31,803 nt of DNA from a virus (taxonomy: Duplodnaviria; Caudoviricetes), in IMG/VR virus record IMGVR_UViG_3300005077_000586, positions 1 through 31,803 of that record; one strand, written 5' to 3'. Shown here in pieces: positions 17,719 to 26,530 of the stretch. Under the pieces are notes generated by a model that ran no database searches, was not told the DNA's origin, and worked only from the letters and a program-made list of their open reading frames with translations. The first letter of the stretch is position 1. Each line of letters begins with the position of its first letter. A program made the position numbers and the translations under genes.

Positions 17719-18171
17719 ATGCCGTACATTAAGCCAGAAGCTCGTGTTGAATTAGATACTTATATTGATAAAATTGTTGAACAATATCCACAAGATGTAT
17801 CTTATGAAGATATCTGGCGTGTCTTGTGCACTCTATTGGGTGCCAAACAAGATATTTCTATAGTTTTAAATCAATCGGTTATGATTGAAATGTCATCAAG
17901 ACTTGGTGCAGTTCTTGCCATCAGATCAGTTGGTGATTTAAACTATAGTATTTCAAGACTCATTTGGGAACTATGGTTCCAGAGAGAAATAAGCTACACC
18001 AAGATAGATACAATAGTTGGACTATTAGATAGACTAATAAAACAATTTCCGAAATGTTCTTCAACGCTTAGGTGCGTGCAATTTGAGATTTACAGGCGAC
18101 TTGCCGCAAATTACGAAAATGAAAAAATGAACACACATGGGGATGTTTTTATAAATAATAAAATATTATAA
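17719..18171 (+). CDS. DUF6899-like phage protein
   Basis: MPYI...R, GDLNY.I, E.YRR..A.YE.EK....GDV. Confidence 0.7.
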   Translation: MPYIKPEARVELDTYIDKIVEQYPQDVSYEDIWRVLCTLLGAKQDISIVLNQSVMIEMSSRLGAVLAIRSVGDLNYSISRLIWELWFQREISYTKIDTIVGLLDRLIKQFPKCSSTLRCVQFEIYRRLAANYENEKMNTHGDVFINNKIL

Positions 18172-18180
18172 TATAAATTT

Positions 18181-19128
18181 ATGAAACCAAAAAACTATTG
18201 GGCATCTATTTTTACAAAAGATATGTTAGTTGGCGCATTCAATGCAGGTTCTGGATGTGCAGATATTGGTAAATTATTTGACGTTAATTTGCATACAGTA
18301 TACAAATATGCAAAAATACACGGCGTTGATCATTGTCCTAGTGGAACATTTATTAAAACATGCGACTGTTGTAATGAGCAGTATGAAGCAATTATTAAGC
18401 ATGGCATTGGAAGAAGACAAAGATTTTGCTCTAGTAAATGTCGCACACGATATTGGCAATTACAAAATCCAGAGCTGTATAAACAAATGGTTAGAAAAAG
18501 TGTATTAAAATTACATCCAATATTTTGTAAACATTGTGGTAAAAAAATTGAAGATAAAGATCGTAAGGCTGGTAAAACTATATGTTCTGTAAATTGCACA
18601 AAAGCTACTCGCAAAATAGGTTCCATAAAAAGACGCAAAAAAGCCAGCAAGGCATTTGAAGAATATAAATGCAATATTGGATGTCAAATGTGTGGATATA
18701 AACAATACGGAGGATCATTAGATTTTCATCACATAGATCCAAAACAAAAGGATCGTAGAATTGGCAGTACCCACTTGACATCTTTGTCAAAAATATCTAA
18801 AAGTGAACTCGATAAGTGTGTATTATTATGTAAAAATTGTCATTATTATATTCATCATATTATGAGGCAAGATATTAATGCTTATAATGAAATAATATAT
18901 AAAATAACTAATGAGGACCAAAAGTGCGATGAAAATGGGGAAGTTTTTCTTCCAAAGGAGTATAATATCAATGTTACACCAGAAGGTCGGGAAAATATTA
19001 TCAGCGTTAATACTCCTGATATGTCTGTGCCCGATTGGCTGCTCAAGCTTATCGGTGACCCTAACTCCGGAACATGTCAAGGAGGCTGTTGCCCGGATGG
19101 CTGCCGTTACAAAGACGGCCACGTATGA
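18181..19128 (+). CDS. HNH homing endonuclease with HTH and zinc-finger repeats, plus a C-terminal extension
   Basis: RFCSSKC and ICSVNC fingers; GCQMCGY...LDFHHIDP..K...ELDKCVLLCKNCH...H. Confidence 0.85.
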   Translation: MKPKNYWASIFTKDMLVGAFNAGSGCADIGKLFDVNLHTVYKYAKIHGVDHCPSGTFIKTCDCCNEQYEAIIKHGIGRRQRFCSSKCRTRYWQLQNPELYKQMVRKSVLKLHPIFCKHCGKKIEDKDRKAGKTICSVNCTKATRKIGSIKRRKKASKAFEEYKCNIGCQMCGYKQYGGSLDFHHIDPKQKDRRIGSTHLTSLSKISKSELDKCVLLCKNCHYYIHHIMRQDINAYNEIIYKITNEDQKCDENGEVFLPKEYNINVTPEGRENIISVNTPDMSVPDWLLKLIGDPNSGTCQGGCCPDGCRYKDGHV

Positions 19129-19228
19129 TCCACCATCTTCTCTTGAAATGCCACTATTCTTGAAACTTAATGCTGACGCATGGCAAGAGTTGGCAGAATA
19201 TTATGGAGTCGCTACAGATGCCAAATAA
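18971..19228 (+). CDS. Small lipoprotein
   Basis: AAGGAG RBS at 18955-18960; MLHQKVGKILSALILLICLCPIG-C lipobox. Confidence 0.65.
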   Translation: MLHQKVGKILSALILLICLCPIGCSSLSVTLTPEHVKEAVARMAAVTKTATYDPPSSLEMPLFLKLNADAWQELAEYYGVATDAK

Positions 19229-19520
19229 TATAGATGAACTTCAACAATGGATGCAAGATAATACTAAACTAATAGAGCAAGTTGGCGTAATAAAAACACG
19301 AGAGATGCTCGCCGCACTAAATGCTCCACCAGAAAATAGAGTTGCCTATTATGAGTCGGTTTTTTCTAAGATGCCATGGCACGATAGATTTCGTATCATG
19401 ACTTTATCAATAGAAGACCTAAAAAACGCTAGCAATGAAAATTTACAATGGGCGGCACTATTTCAACTTGCAAGTAATATTGCAGTAAAACTTTTACCTA
19501 TAGCGATGGCACTACTATGA
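19218..19520 (+). CDS. Hypothetical helical protein with hydrophobic C-terminus
   Basis: GGAG RBS before ATG at 19218. Confidence 0.6.
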   Translation: MPNNIDELQQWMQDNTKLIEQVGVIKTREMLAALNAPPENRVAYYESVFSKMPWHDRFRIMTLSIEDLKNASNENLQWAALFQLASNIAVKLLPIAMALL

Positions 19521-20029
19521 AAGAACATTTACCATTATTTTCAGATATCGACGGCGTTATAACTTGTGGGCAAAAAATATGGAATGCACACTACGAAGTT
19601 GTAGAAGGTGTTTACACGCCGCAAGCATACGAAAGACTTTCTTTGTCCAAAATGTTCTCTGACAAAGATAGCTGGGTATTGAATAATTATGGTGCATTAA
19701 TAACTCTAGTCTCTAACGACATGAGAATATCTAAGCAGCGATGCAAGGATAATGATTGGAATTTTATTTATGTTCCTGAAAATAAGGAAAAAAAAGATTA
19801 TATTTGTAAGGAATCTGGCATGTATTATTATGTAGGTGATGCAATGCCAGACCTTCAATGCTTATTGCACGCTAAAATAGGCTTTATTCCATCGGATGCA
19901 TCTAGTTTGCTCAAGCGAAAGTGTGAAAAATTATCTAATATTGTATTACTTACAGTGAAATCAGGCGAAGGCGTTTTGGACAATGTTGTCAGTCTACTTA
20001 TAGAAGCACAACTATGGTCAGAAAAATAA
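19517..20029 (+). CDS. KdsC/YrbI-like HAD phosphatase
   Basis: DIDGVIT, F..KD, YVGDAMPD, P.DA, SGEG. Confidence 0.75.
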   Translation: MKEHLPLFSDIDGVITCGQKIWNAHYEVVEGVYTPQAYERLSLSKMFSDKDSWVLNNYGALITLVSNDMRISKQRCKDNDWNFIYVPENKEKKDYICKESGMYYYVGDAMPDLQCLLHAKIGFIPSDASSLLKRKCEKLSNIVLLTVKSGEGVLDNVVSLLIEAQLWSEK

Positions 20030-20484
20030 AGATTATTATTAGTACTTTGCTTATTGCATTGGCACTAAAACTCGTTGGATGCTCGCCACTTTGGGTTATT
20101 GGACCCAGTATGTATCCAACGTTTATACAAGGTAAGTCGCTACTTCTTGTTCTATATATAGATAAAACTCCAGATCGTGGTGAAATAGCTATTATAGACC
20201 GTGGCGAACTAAAACTTTGCAAAAGAATAGTGGCAGTTCCAGGCGACGTAGTTGAAATGTACGATGATGTAATTACTGTAAATGGCGAAGATGCTACACT
20301 GGTTTATAATGCAATACCTGACCACTATAAAACTGCAAAATTTACATTACTGCCAGGATATTATTTTGTAATTGGTGAAAATAGACCTAACAGTATGGAT
20401 TCACGAGACCTTGGGCCAATACTGAGAAGTGAAATAGTTGGCACACTTGGTCCGTATATAGTCATTTTTGAAGAAGGATTTTAA
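20014..20484 (+). CDS. lepB: Signal peptidase I (S26)
   Basis: GPSMYPT (catalytic Ser), KRIVAVPGD (catalytic Lys), YFVIGENRPNSMDSR. Confidence 0.9.
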   Translation: MVRKIKIIISTLLIALALKLVGCSPLWVIGPSMYPTFIQGKSLLLVLYIDKTPDRGEIAIIDRGELKLCKRIVAVPGDVVEMYDDVITVNGEDATLVYNAIPDHYKTAKFTLLPGYYFVIGENRPNSMDSRDLGPILRSEIVGTLGPYIVIFEEGF

Positions 20485-20486
20485 TA

Positions 20487-21479
20487 ATGAGAGCAAGTAT
20501 AGTTGTTCCAGCCATTCCAGGACGCATTGATAGACTCAAGAGCGTCATTTCTCGTCTAATGCTGAATGCAGCAAGACATCAAGACATAACGTTTGAAACT
20601 ATTGTAGTCGATGGTTCAATAGATGGTGAATATAAGCAACTGTGTCTATATGCTAATAACTATATTCCGATTATTTATGTATCTTTGCCCATCGGTAAAT
20701 TTATAAATGCAGCATATCCACGTAACGTTGGACTTAGACTATCACGAGGCGAAATAGTAACACAAGTAGATATTGACTGGTGGCTTAGTGAAGATTTTAT
20801 TGAAGGATTATATGAGCCATATAATAAGGGACTGTCGGTAGTCAATCGTGGATTCATGATTGATACGTGCAAGGCTAGCCAGTGTCAGAAAAATGGACAG
20901 TCATATTTGGAGTCAGTAGGAGAATTTCTATTGAGCCCAAACGGTAGTGAAAAGGAGTTCTTGGCTATCTGCAAGCATATCGGTATCGATGGACCAAAGC
21001 CAGCCTCATCCGTGTGGCTATGGGCCGCTCCTCGTGGAGCATTTATTCACATTGGTGGATATGACGAACAGTTTTGTAGATCGTATGCTAGAGAAGATGA
21101 CAGTCTCTTGTGGCAGCTTATTACACTTTTGCCACCGTATTTTGATGCATTTTCCAAGTTTTGCGGACTGCATGTTTGGCATCCTGACTACACTGCCGTA
21201 CAACGTAATGATCCCAAAAATCAAATAAATAAAGATTATTATAAGAAGCAGTGCATTAATCAGGATGGATCAGTTGTAGTGAAAAATACCGTACGAAATA
21301 TTGGTTGGGATTGGGGCAAGATGTTGAAAAATGCATACTCTATTATCAACACTGAAGTGCGAGATTACGAGGCTACTGAAGCGTGGATTGCCCAAAACGT
21401 AAATGATATTCGTCCATATACGGCTGCGCCATGGGTGGATACTGACGAACTAGTCAGGTCATTGCCACAGGTGGTATAA
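20487..21479 (+). CDS. GT2 glycosyltransferase with GT7C-like C-terminus
   Basis: ASIVVP, IVVDGS, PRNVGL, DID, IGGYDE, RED, HVWH. Confidence 0.85.
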   Translation: MRASIVVPAIPGRIDRLKSVISRLMLNAARHQDITFETIVVDGSIDGEYKQLCLYANNYIPIIYVSLPIGKFINAAYPRNVGLRLSRGEIVTQVDIDWWLSEDFIEGLYEPYNKGLSVVNRGFMIDTCKASQCQKNGQSYLESVGEFLLSPNGSEKEFLAICKHIGIDGPKPASSVWLWAAPRGAFIHIGGYDEQFCRSYAREDDSLLWQLITLLPPYFDAFSKFCGLHVWHPDYTAVQRNDPKNQINKDYYKKQCINQDGSVVVKNTVRNIGWDWGKMLKNAYSIINTEVRDYEATEAWIAQNVNDIRPYTAAPWVDTDELVRSLPQVV

Positions 21480-21751
21480 TGAGTTACAATAAGTTTGATT
21501 CGCCTAATCCTATCATTGGAGAGTTTAGAGATAAGTTCAATAAAGTAGCATATGAAGTTTCTACCGATGGAACTTGCGTAGATTCACATCCATCGATACC
21601 AGCAAGAGTATTACTGGAAGTAGAAAACTCCAATGATTCATATGAGATAGTTGGAATAGATGTAGCTCAATTAATTGGATGTGGATGTTGGAGCGATGTA
21701 ATAATAATGGCAAGGAAAATAGATGAAACTACTAAGCAAAGAAAAGTTTAA
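21479..21751 (+). CDS. Hypothetical protein
   Basis: TAATG overlap; ORF track. Confidence 0.55.
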   Translation: MSYNKFDSPNPIIGEFRDKFNKVAYEVSTDGTCVDSHPSIPARVLLEVENSNDSYEIVGIDVAQLIGCGCWSDVIIMARKIDETTKQRKV

Positions 21752-21865
21752 TCCTATAGATATAAATAGGATATTTTCTACAAAACTTGCTTGTGGAATA
21801 TTATTTCAACTAAGCGTTGGCAATATTTGCACAGTAGCATATATAAAACAGGAATGGTTAAATAT

Positions 21866-22288
21866 ATGGTAATAGGTATAAAAACTGGAACATTTGTAAT
21901 TTTGCATTCCGGGCACATCGAATGTTTTAGACAGTGCAAGTCTATGTGTGATAAGCTTATAGTTCTTATCAATAACGATGATTATATTTTGCGCAAAAAA
22001 GGTTGTATACCTATGCCAGCAGTTGATAGAAAGATTATTCTTGAAAGTATAAAATATATAGATGAAGTGCATATCTTCGACGAGCCAACCGAAGATAGAT
22101 GGATAGCAGAGTTTAAAAAAAGCGATTGGGCACAAGAAAACTGCGATAAACTAATAGTATTTCATTCGTCTGAGTATGCCAATCGGGAAAACGTGCCGGG
22201 GATAAACAACGCAGACGAAATAATATATATATATAAGGGAAGCAAGTCAACTAGCAACATTTTCGAAATTATACGCAATGCAAAATAA
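21866..22288 (+). CDS. Cytidylyl/adenylyltransferase (HldE domain II / TagD-like)
   Basis: GTFVILHSGH (HxGH), LIVLINND, R...LESIKYIDEV, KSTSNI. Confidence 0.85.
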   Translation: MVIGIKTGTFVILHSGHIECFRQCKSMCDKLIVLINNDDYILRKKGCIPMPAVDRKIILESIKYIDEVHIFDEPTEDRWIAEFKKSDWAQENCDKLIVFHSSEYANRENVPGINNADEIIYIYKGSKSTSNIFEIIRNAK

Positions 22289-23246
22289 TAAATCTATATT
22301 GGTTATAGGCGATGGAATAATAGATATAGCTATTCGTGGCAACGTAACTCGCTTATCACCAGAAGCGCCAGTTGCAGTTGTAGAAGTAACGTCCGAGCAT
22401 GCTACGCTGGGTGGTGCGGCTAATGTGGCCGCCCATATTTCTAATGCAAATATCAAGTGCATCTTAGCTTACAAAACAAGTAATCCAGATGCAATAGAAG
22501 ATAGAGAGTTTGTTGAAAGTTGCAATAAGTATAATATTGATAGAGTGCCACTTGTTCCGCACGACAGTCAAGCAAATGGTAAATGTTTAGTACCAAAGAA
22601 GAAGCGAGTTTGGGGTGCATCTCAACAGCTATGTAGGTTAGATTGGGAAATAAATATTCAGCCAAATACTCAAACAGAAAATTTATGGATAGATAAGATT
22701 ATAAATGCTTGCTTGAACTACAATGTTGGCATTATACTTTTTTCAGATTATAATAAAGGAACACTAAGCGATAGAATAATAGAAACAGTGGCCGAATGGG
22801 CTAAACAATATAATATAAAGACACTTTTAGATCCAAAGCGACCAACATGGACAAATATTCATGGACTATTTGCTATAAAGCCAAATGGCGTCGAAATCAA
22901 ACAAACAAATCTTTCTGCTGATTTATGTTCTATTGCAATAGGTGATACTTATCTAATCAATACTATAGGCGAACATGGTGTGAAATGTTGGCAAAATGGT
23001 GAAGAACTATTTTGGTATCCATCTTTTGCCAAAAAAGATGATGTCAAGGACGTAACTGGTTGCGGCGATGAAATGGCTTCAGTTATTGGCATTGGCTTAC
23101 ATCGTAATGTTGACTTAGAAGAATGTATTATCGCAGCAAATAAAGGTGCATATTATTGTATCCAAAAAATTGGCACTTATGTTCTAACTACTGAAGAAAT
23201 ACAATCTTGTTTTGAATATGCCAGAAAGCAATATAGAAAAACATAA
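22278..23246 (+). CDS. PfkB-family kinase, HldE/RfaE domain I-like (heptose-7-phosphate kinase)
   Basis: ILVIGDGIID, RLSPEAPV, LGGAANVA, SDYNKG, DPK, KPN..E, DVTGCGD. Confidence 0.85.
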   Translation: MQNNKSILVIGDGIIDIAIRGNVTRLSPEAPVAVVEVTSEHATLGGAANVAAHISNANIKCILAYKTSNPDAIEDREFVESCNKYNIDRVPLVPHDSQANGKCLVPKKKRVWGASQQLCRLDWEINIQPNTQTENLWIDKIINACLNYNVGIILFSDYNKGTLSDRIIETVAEWAKQYNIKTLLDPKRPTWTNIHGLFAIKPNGVEIKQTNLSADLCSIAIGDTYLINTIGEHGVKCWQNGEELFWYPSFAKKDDVKDVTGCGDEMASVIGIGLHRNVDLEECIIAANKGAYYCIQKIGTYVLTTEEIQSCFEYARKQYRKT

Positions 23247-23491
23247 TGGGACGCAAAAAAAAGTATAGTTCAGAATGGGATGTTCATCTAAAGAATTTGT
23301 ACGAAAATGGAGCATCTTTGCACGAAATATATAAGGAATATGGCATTCATCCAATGACCATTAGAGATAGATTAATAAATCAGGGTGTCAAAATCAGAGA
23401 TGCGAATGAAGCCAGGGAAAATTTTAAGAAACAAAGGAGTTCTAATGTCAAAAAGCGTAGATCTAAACGAACAGGTAATGACGCTTCCTGA
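23246..23491 (+). CDS. Small HTH DNA-binding protein
   Basis: LYENGASLHEIYKEYGIHPMTIRDRL...GVKIR. Confidence 0.65.
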   Translation: MGRKKKYSSEWDVHLKNLYENGASLHEIYKEYGIHPMTIRDRLINQGVKIRDANEARENFKKQRSSNVKKRRSKRTGNDAS

Positions 23492-24104
23492 TGGAACACA
23501 GTCACCTCTTCTTACTTATTTCAATGAAGAAGGTGACTTTATAAATATTGATGGTAATCCTTTTATTAAATACAATGGACTACTACGGATTGCTAAACTT
23601 ATTTGTGGTATACAGTCATATAAGTGCGAAGTTATTCAAGTGCCACAAATAGAAAATGAATGGTGTGCTACAGTTGTGGCAAAATATACGTTTGGCAAGA
23701 CTTGGGATACTACTTTTACATGGGAAGGTGCGGCAGATTGTAGAGCCTCAAGTGCTGCACCAGGATTTGACAAATATATTGTTGCATTGTGCGAAACTAG
23801 GGCCAAGGCTAGAGCACTGAGAGATATGCTTGGCATTGCAATATGTTCAATAGAAGAGATAGCTAAGCCATTTGAGAAACAGCAAGAGCGACAATTTATT
23901 ACAGAAAACAGTGTTGAAATGGCTGAAACTACACAGCTTATGCTAATTGAAAAGAAGTTTATTGGCGAAGCAGGAAAAACAATTGGAGATATTTGTGCTA
24001 TAGTAGATAGGCATATTAGTAACATTTCAGAACTAACTAAAGAGGAGGCCAGTAACGTATTAGAAGTATTCAATAAGTCCAAGTCTAAGTCTAAAAAGGC
24101 ATAA
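23445..24104 (+). CDS. Putative ssDNA-annealing protein (Rad52/ERF-like, tentative)
   Basis: AAGGAG RBS; GLLRIA, WEGAAD, ETRAKARALR..LGI...SIEE, and C-terminal LTKEEAS motif. Confidence 0.5.
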   Translation: MSKSVDLNEQVMTLPDGTQSPLLTYFNEEGDFINIDGNPFIKYNGLLRIAKLICGIQSYKCEVIQVPQIENEWCATVVAKYTFGKTWDTTFTWEGAADCRASSAAPGFDKYIVALCETRAKARALRDMLGIAICSIEEIAKPFEKQQERQFITENSVEMAETTQLMLIEKKFIGEAGKTIGDICAIVDRHISNISELTKEEASNVLEVFNKSKSKSKKA

Positions 24105-24119
24105 AGGAGATAATAAAAC

Positions 24120-24548
24120 ATGGAGACGCTAACTACATTTTTTTGGCAAGTTCTACCACTACTTCTTACGGTAGCAATTCCAACACTACTTGTTCTGGTT
24201 ACAGTTCTATGTAAGAAATTTGGACTCGCACTTGATGCAGAACAAAAGGCTAAGCTAAATACGTTTATGATTTCTATTGTCAGTCAAGGTATTACTTATG
24301 CAGAACAAATGGCTAAGAAGTCACTTGCTGAAAATCAAACTGCTGTAAATGGAAGTCAAAAGATGTATATGGCAACTCAATATGTAATAGATGAACTAAA
24401 GAAGAATAATATAACAAACATAGCATCCACAGAGATTGCTAAGAAAGTTGAAAGTCTACTTGGAGTAGACACTATTGCAAAGCAAGATGCTAATATTTTT
24501 TCACAACTAATGTCTGGCGACATTGGCGAAGAACAGGGCGAAGAATAA
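24120..24548 (+). CDS. LL-H-family-like holin
   Basis: Single N-terminal TM helix, then YAEQ...G.QK...A..YV...L.....I...VE. Confidence 0.65.
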   Translation: METLTTFFWQVLPLLLTVAIPTLLVLVTVLCKKFGLALDAEQKAKLNTFMISIVSQGITYAEQMAKKSLAENQTAVNGSQKMYMATQYVIDELKKNNITNIASTEIAKKVESLLGVDTIAKQDANIFSQLMSGDIGEEQGEE

Positions 24549-24561
24549 TAAGGAGATATAT

Positions 24562-25008
24562 ATGTTCAAGAGTATCATTGGAGCATTATGCATTGTAAGT
24601 ATCGTTGGTTGTGGTATCGTAAAGCCAAATACGGAAGTTACGATTACACAAAAGTGTGCCCTTGTTAGAAATGCAGCTACTACAGCAATGTTTTTTGGAC
24701 TACAAATAGTCGATGTACAAGACAGAGAGGCTATTGCGGCAGATGTTGCACATAAGGTATCTCTTGCTCTATCTAAGCTTAGAGATGTAGAAGCTACACC
24801 CGGAGTTATTGTAGTTACTGATATTGTGGCACTTTTTAATATTGACCCAAAGTATGGACTATTCCTACAAAATGCAGTTGATATCTTTAATACATATTTC
24901 GTGCTTGTTCCACCGAGCGAAGCCATTGGACAGGATAATTTCAAGTTAGTTGTTGCGTTTGCCGAAGGTGTCATTAATGGTTGTAGATTAGTAGTTGATA
25001 ATCAATAA
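24562..25008 (+). CDS. Lipoprotein
   Basis: AAGGAG RBS; MFKSIIGALCIVSIVG-C. Confidence 0.65.
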   Translation: MFKSIIGALCIVSIVGCGIVKPNTEVTITQKCALVRNAATTAMFFGLQIVDVQDREAIAADVAHKVSLALSKLRDVEATPGVIVVTDIVALFNIDPKYGLFLQNAVDIFNTYFVLVPPSEAIGQDNFKLVVAFAEGVINGCRLVVDNQ

Positions 25009-25019
25009 GGAGTCAATAT

Positions 25020-25247
25020 ATGACAGCGAAAGAAGAAGAAGTATTCAATATTCTAAGTTCAGTTCTAAAGTATGCATCTAAGAAAACACTAAGGGAGGCT
25101 GCAACTAAGATTGTAGAATTTTATACGCCAGTTGCCACGCAGCAAGCTGCTACACAACAAGCCGTTTCAGTAGTTCAAAATAAGCCAGTTAAGGCCATTG
25201 TGGCAGTACCAGAAGGTGAGGAAACTGTAACTAAGGCCATTTACTAA
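25020..25247 (+). CDS. Hypothetical protein
   Basis: AAGGAG RBS; ATQQAATQQA repeat. Confidence 0.6.
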   Translation: MTAKEEEVFNILSSVLKYASKKTLREAATKIVEFYTPVATQQAATQQAVSVVQNKPVKAIVAVPEGEETVTKAIY

Positions 25248-25257
25248 TAATATATTT

Positions 25258-25458
25258 ATGATATTAATAGAATCACCACAACAAGCCTTGCCTTATGGCA
25301 GATTTTCAATGGAGATACGTGATAAGTTTTCTTTACAATGTAAACTTTTAGATAACATTCTTTTATTTACTACGGAAATAAAAGAACATGTACGTCAATG
25401 CATGAATGGAAATGCCAATTATGATAGGCCAGTAATACATACACCACGTATATATTAA
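25258..25458 (+). CDS. Hypothetical protein
   Basis: ORF track; TAATG coupling to the next gene. Confidence 0.45.
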   Translation: MILIESPQQALPYGRFSMEIRDKFSLQCKLLDNILLFTTEIKEHVRQCMNGNANYDRPVIHTPRIY

Positions 25459-25763
25459 TGTTTATAAAACATATTACAGATAAATTTTATACAACAGAGA
25501 ATGAGCGTCTTCGCAAGATCGAACAAAACCAACAGTTGATACAGGAGTTTACGGACCAAATAAAGGATATTTTGGACACCATAACTTCACAAGGTATACG
25601 ACTATGGATATTCGAAATATGCGAAGATACTCATCCTCCAATGCTATATGCTGGGCTTGGAAAATGTTGTAATGAAGTATTTGATATTGAACACTATAGG
25701 CACATTGTAGAAGAGAGTATTTATACCAACACAAAGTTTAAAAAAATAATATGGGAGATATAG
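25458..25763 (+). CDS. Hypothetical protein
   Basis: ORF track. Confidence 0.5.
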   Translation: MFIKHITDKFYTTENERLRKIEQNQQLIQEFTDQIKDILDTITSQGIRLWIFEICEDTHPPMLYAGLGKCCNEVFDIEHYRHIVEESIYTNTKFKKIIWEI

Positions 25764-25767
25764 TCCG

Positions 25768-26529
25768 ATGTTGGAAGTATACACTACTGAAATGCTAAAA
25801 GAAATAACGCCAACGGGGTTGATTGCCCAATTGAAACTAATTTCTTTTGACAAGAATGGATGTGCCGTAGTTAGAGTGCCTCCAGATAAAAAAATAGAAT
25901 ATGGCGAACTCAAAAACAAGATTGAATATAAATATTATATGCCTATTGTTTTTAATGGCGACAGCTTATGGTTTAATAAGTATTCAACGGCAAAGTTGCT
26001 AACATTGCTGGCTGGTAAACTAAAAATATCAATACGTAGTAAAAAAACTATTGAGTTACAACAGGTAATGTCAGATGCAATACATAGTACAGTGTATGCA
26101 GCGGGTGCCATAGAGCGTGCTCCTGATCATGGTGTCGGATTCAGGAATGCTTGTCATGATATATTTCGTCGTACAAAAATTGATATTATTAGTCCATGTG
26201 ATTTTACATATAATAAAACTTGTCATACGCTTGCCAAACATGGCACAGAAAACGATATTTTAACACATTATAAGTTTTCACGCATGATTGTCGCAGGTGA
26301 TCTAAAGGCCGTCGCATCGTGCGATGCAACTATAGTAAATATAGACCAGTATCTTGGAGTAGGGACAACAAGTGAGGCCACGGTTGCATTCGCTCTACAA
26401 AAGCCACTGTATGGCATTCTTGCTAAAGATTATCAAGTAAATCAAGTATCACCTTGGCTTCTAGGAACTATGACAAGAGTTTTTAGTTCATTGCAAGAGT
26501 TTAGAGATTTCGTAGTTAACGGTGAATAA
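25768..26529 (+). CDS. Protein with C-terminal nucleoside 2-deoxyribosyltransferase-like domain
   Basis: VYAAGAIE, IISP, DLKAVASCD, GTTSE...A....KPLY; the ~100-aa N-terminal domain is unrecognised. Confidence 0.7.
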   Translation: MLEVYTTEMLKEITPTGLIAQLKLISFDKNGCAVVRVPPDKKIEYGELKNKIEYKYYMPIVFNGDSLWFNKYSTAKLLTLLAGKLKISIRSKKTIELQQVMSDAIHSTVYAAGAIERAPDHGVGFRNACHDIFRRTKIDIISPCDFTYNKTCHTLAKHGTENDILTHYKFSRMIVAGDLKAVASCDATIVNIDQYLGVGTTSEATVAFALQKPLYGILAKDYQVNQVSPWLLGTMTRVFSSLQEFRDFVVNGE

Positions 26530-26530
26530 T

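Noticed and set aside
18172-18909. Group I intron hosting the HNH gene
   Set aside because: No room for, or motifs of, a ribozyme core; the upstream gene is complete without splicing.
18971-19520. Spanin pair (Rz/Rz1)
   Set aside because: The overlapping frame lacks an N-terminal TM anchor, and no endolysin is adjacent.
21752-21865. Hairpin ATCCTAT..ATAGGAT and a T4-late-like TATAAATA
   Set aside because: Weak AT-rich stem without a clear U-tract; TATAAATA is expected by chance at this composition and also occurs inside genes.
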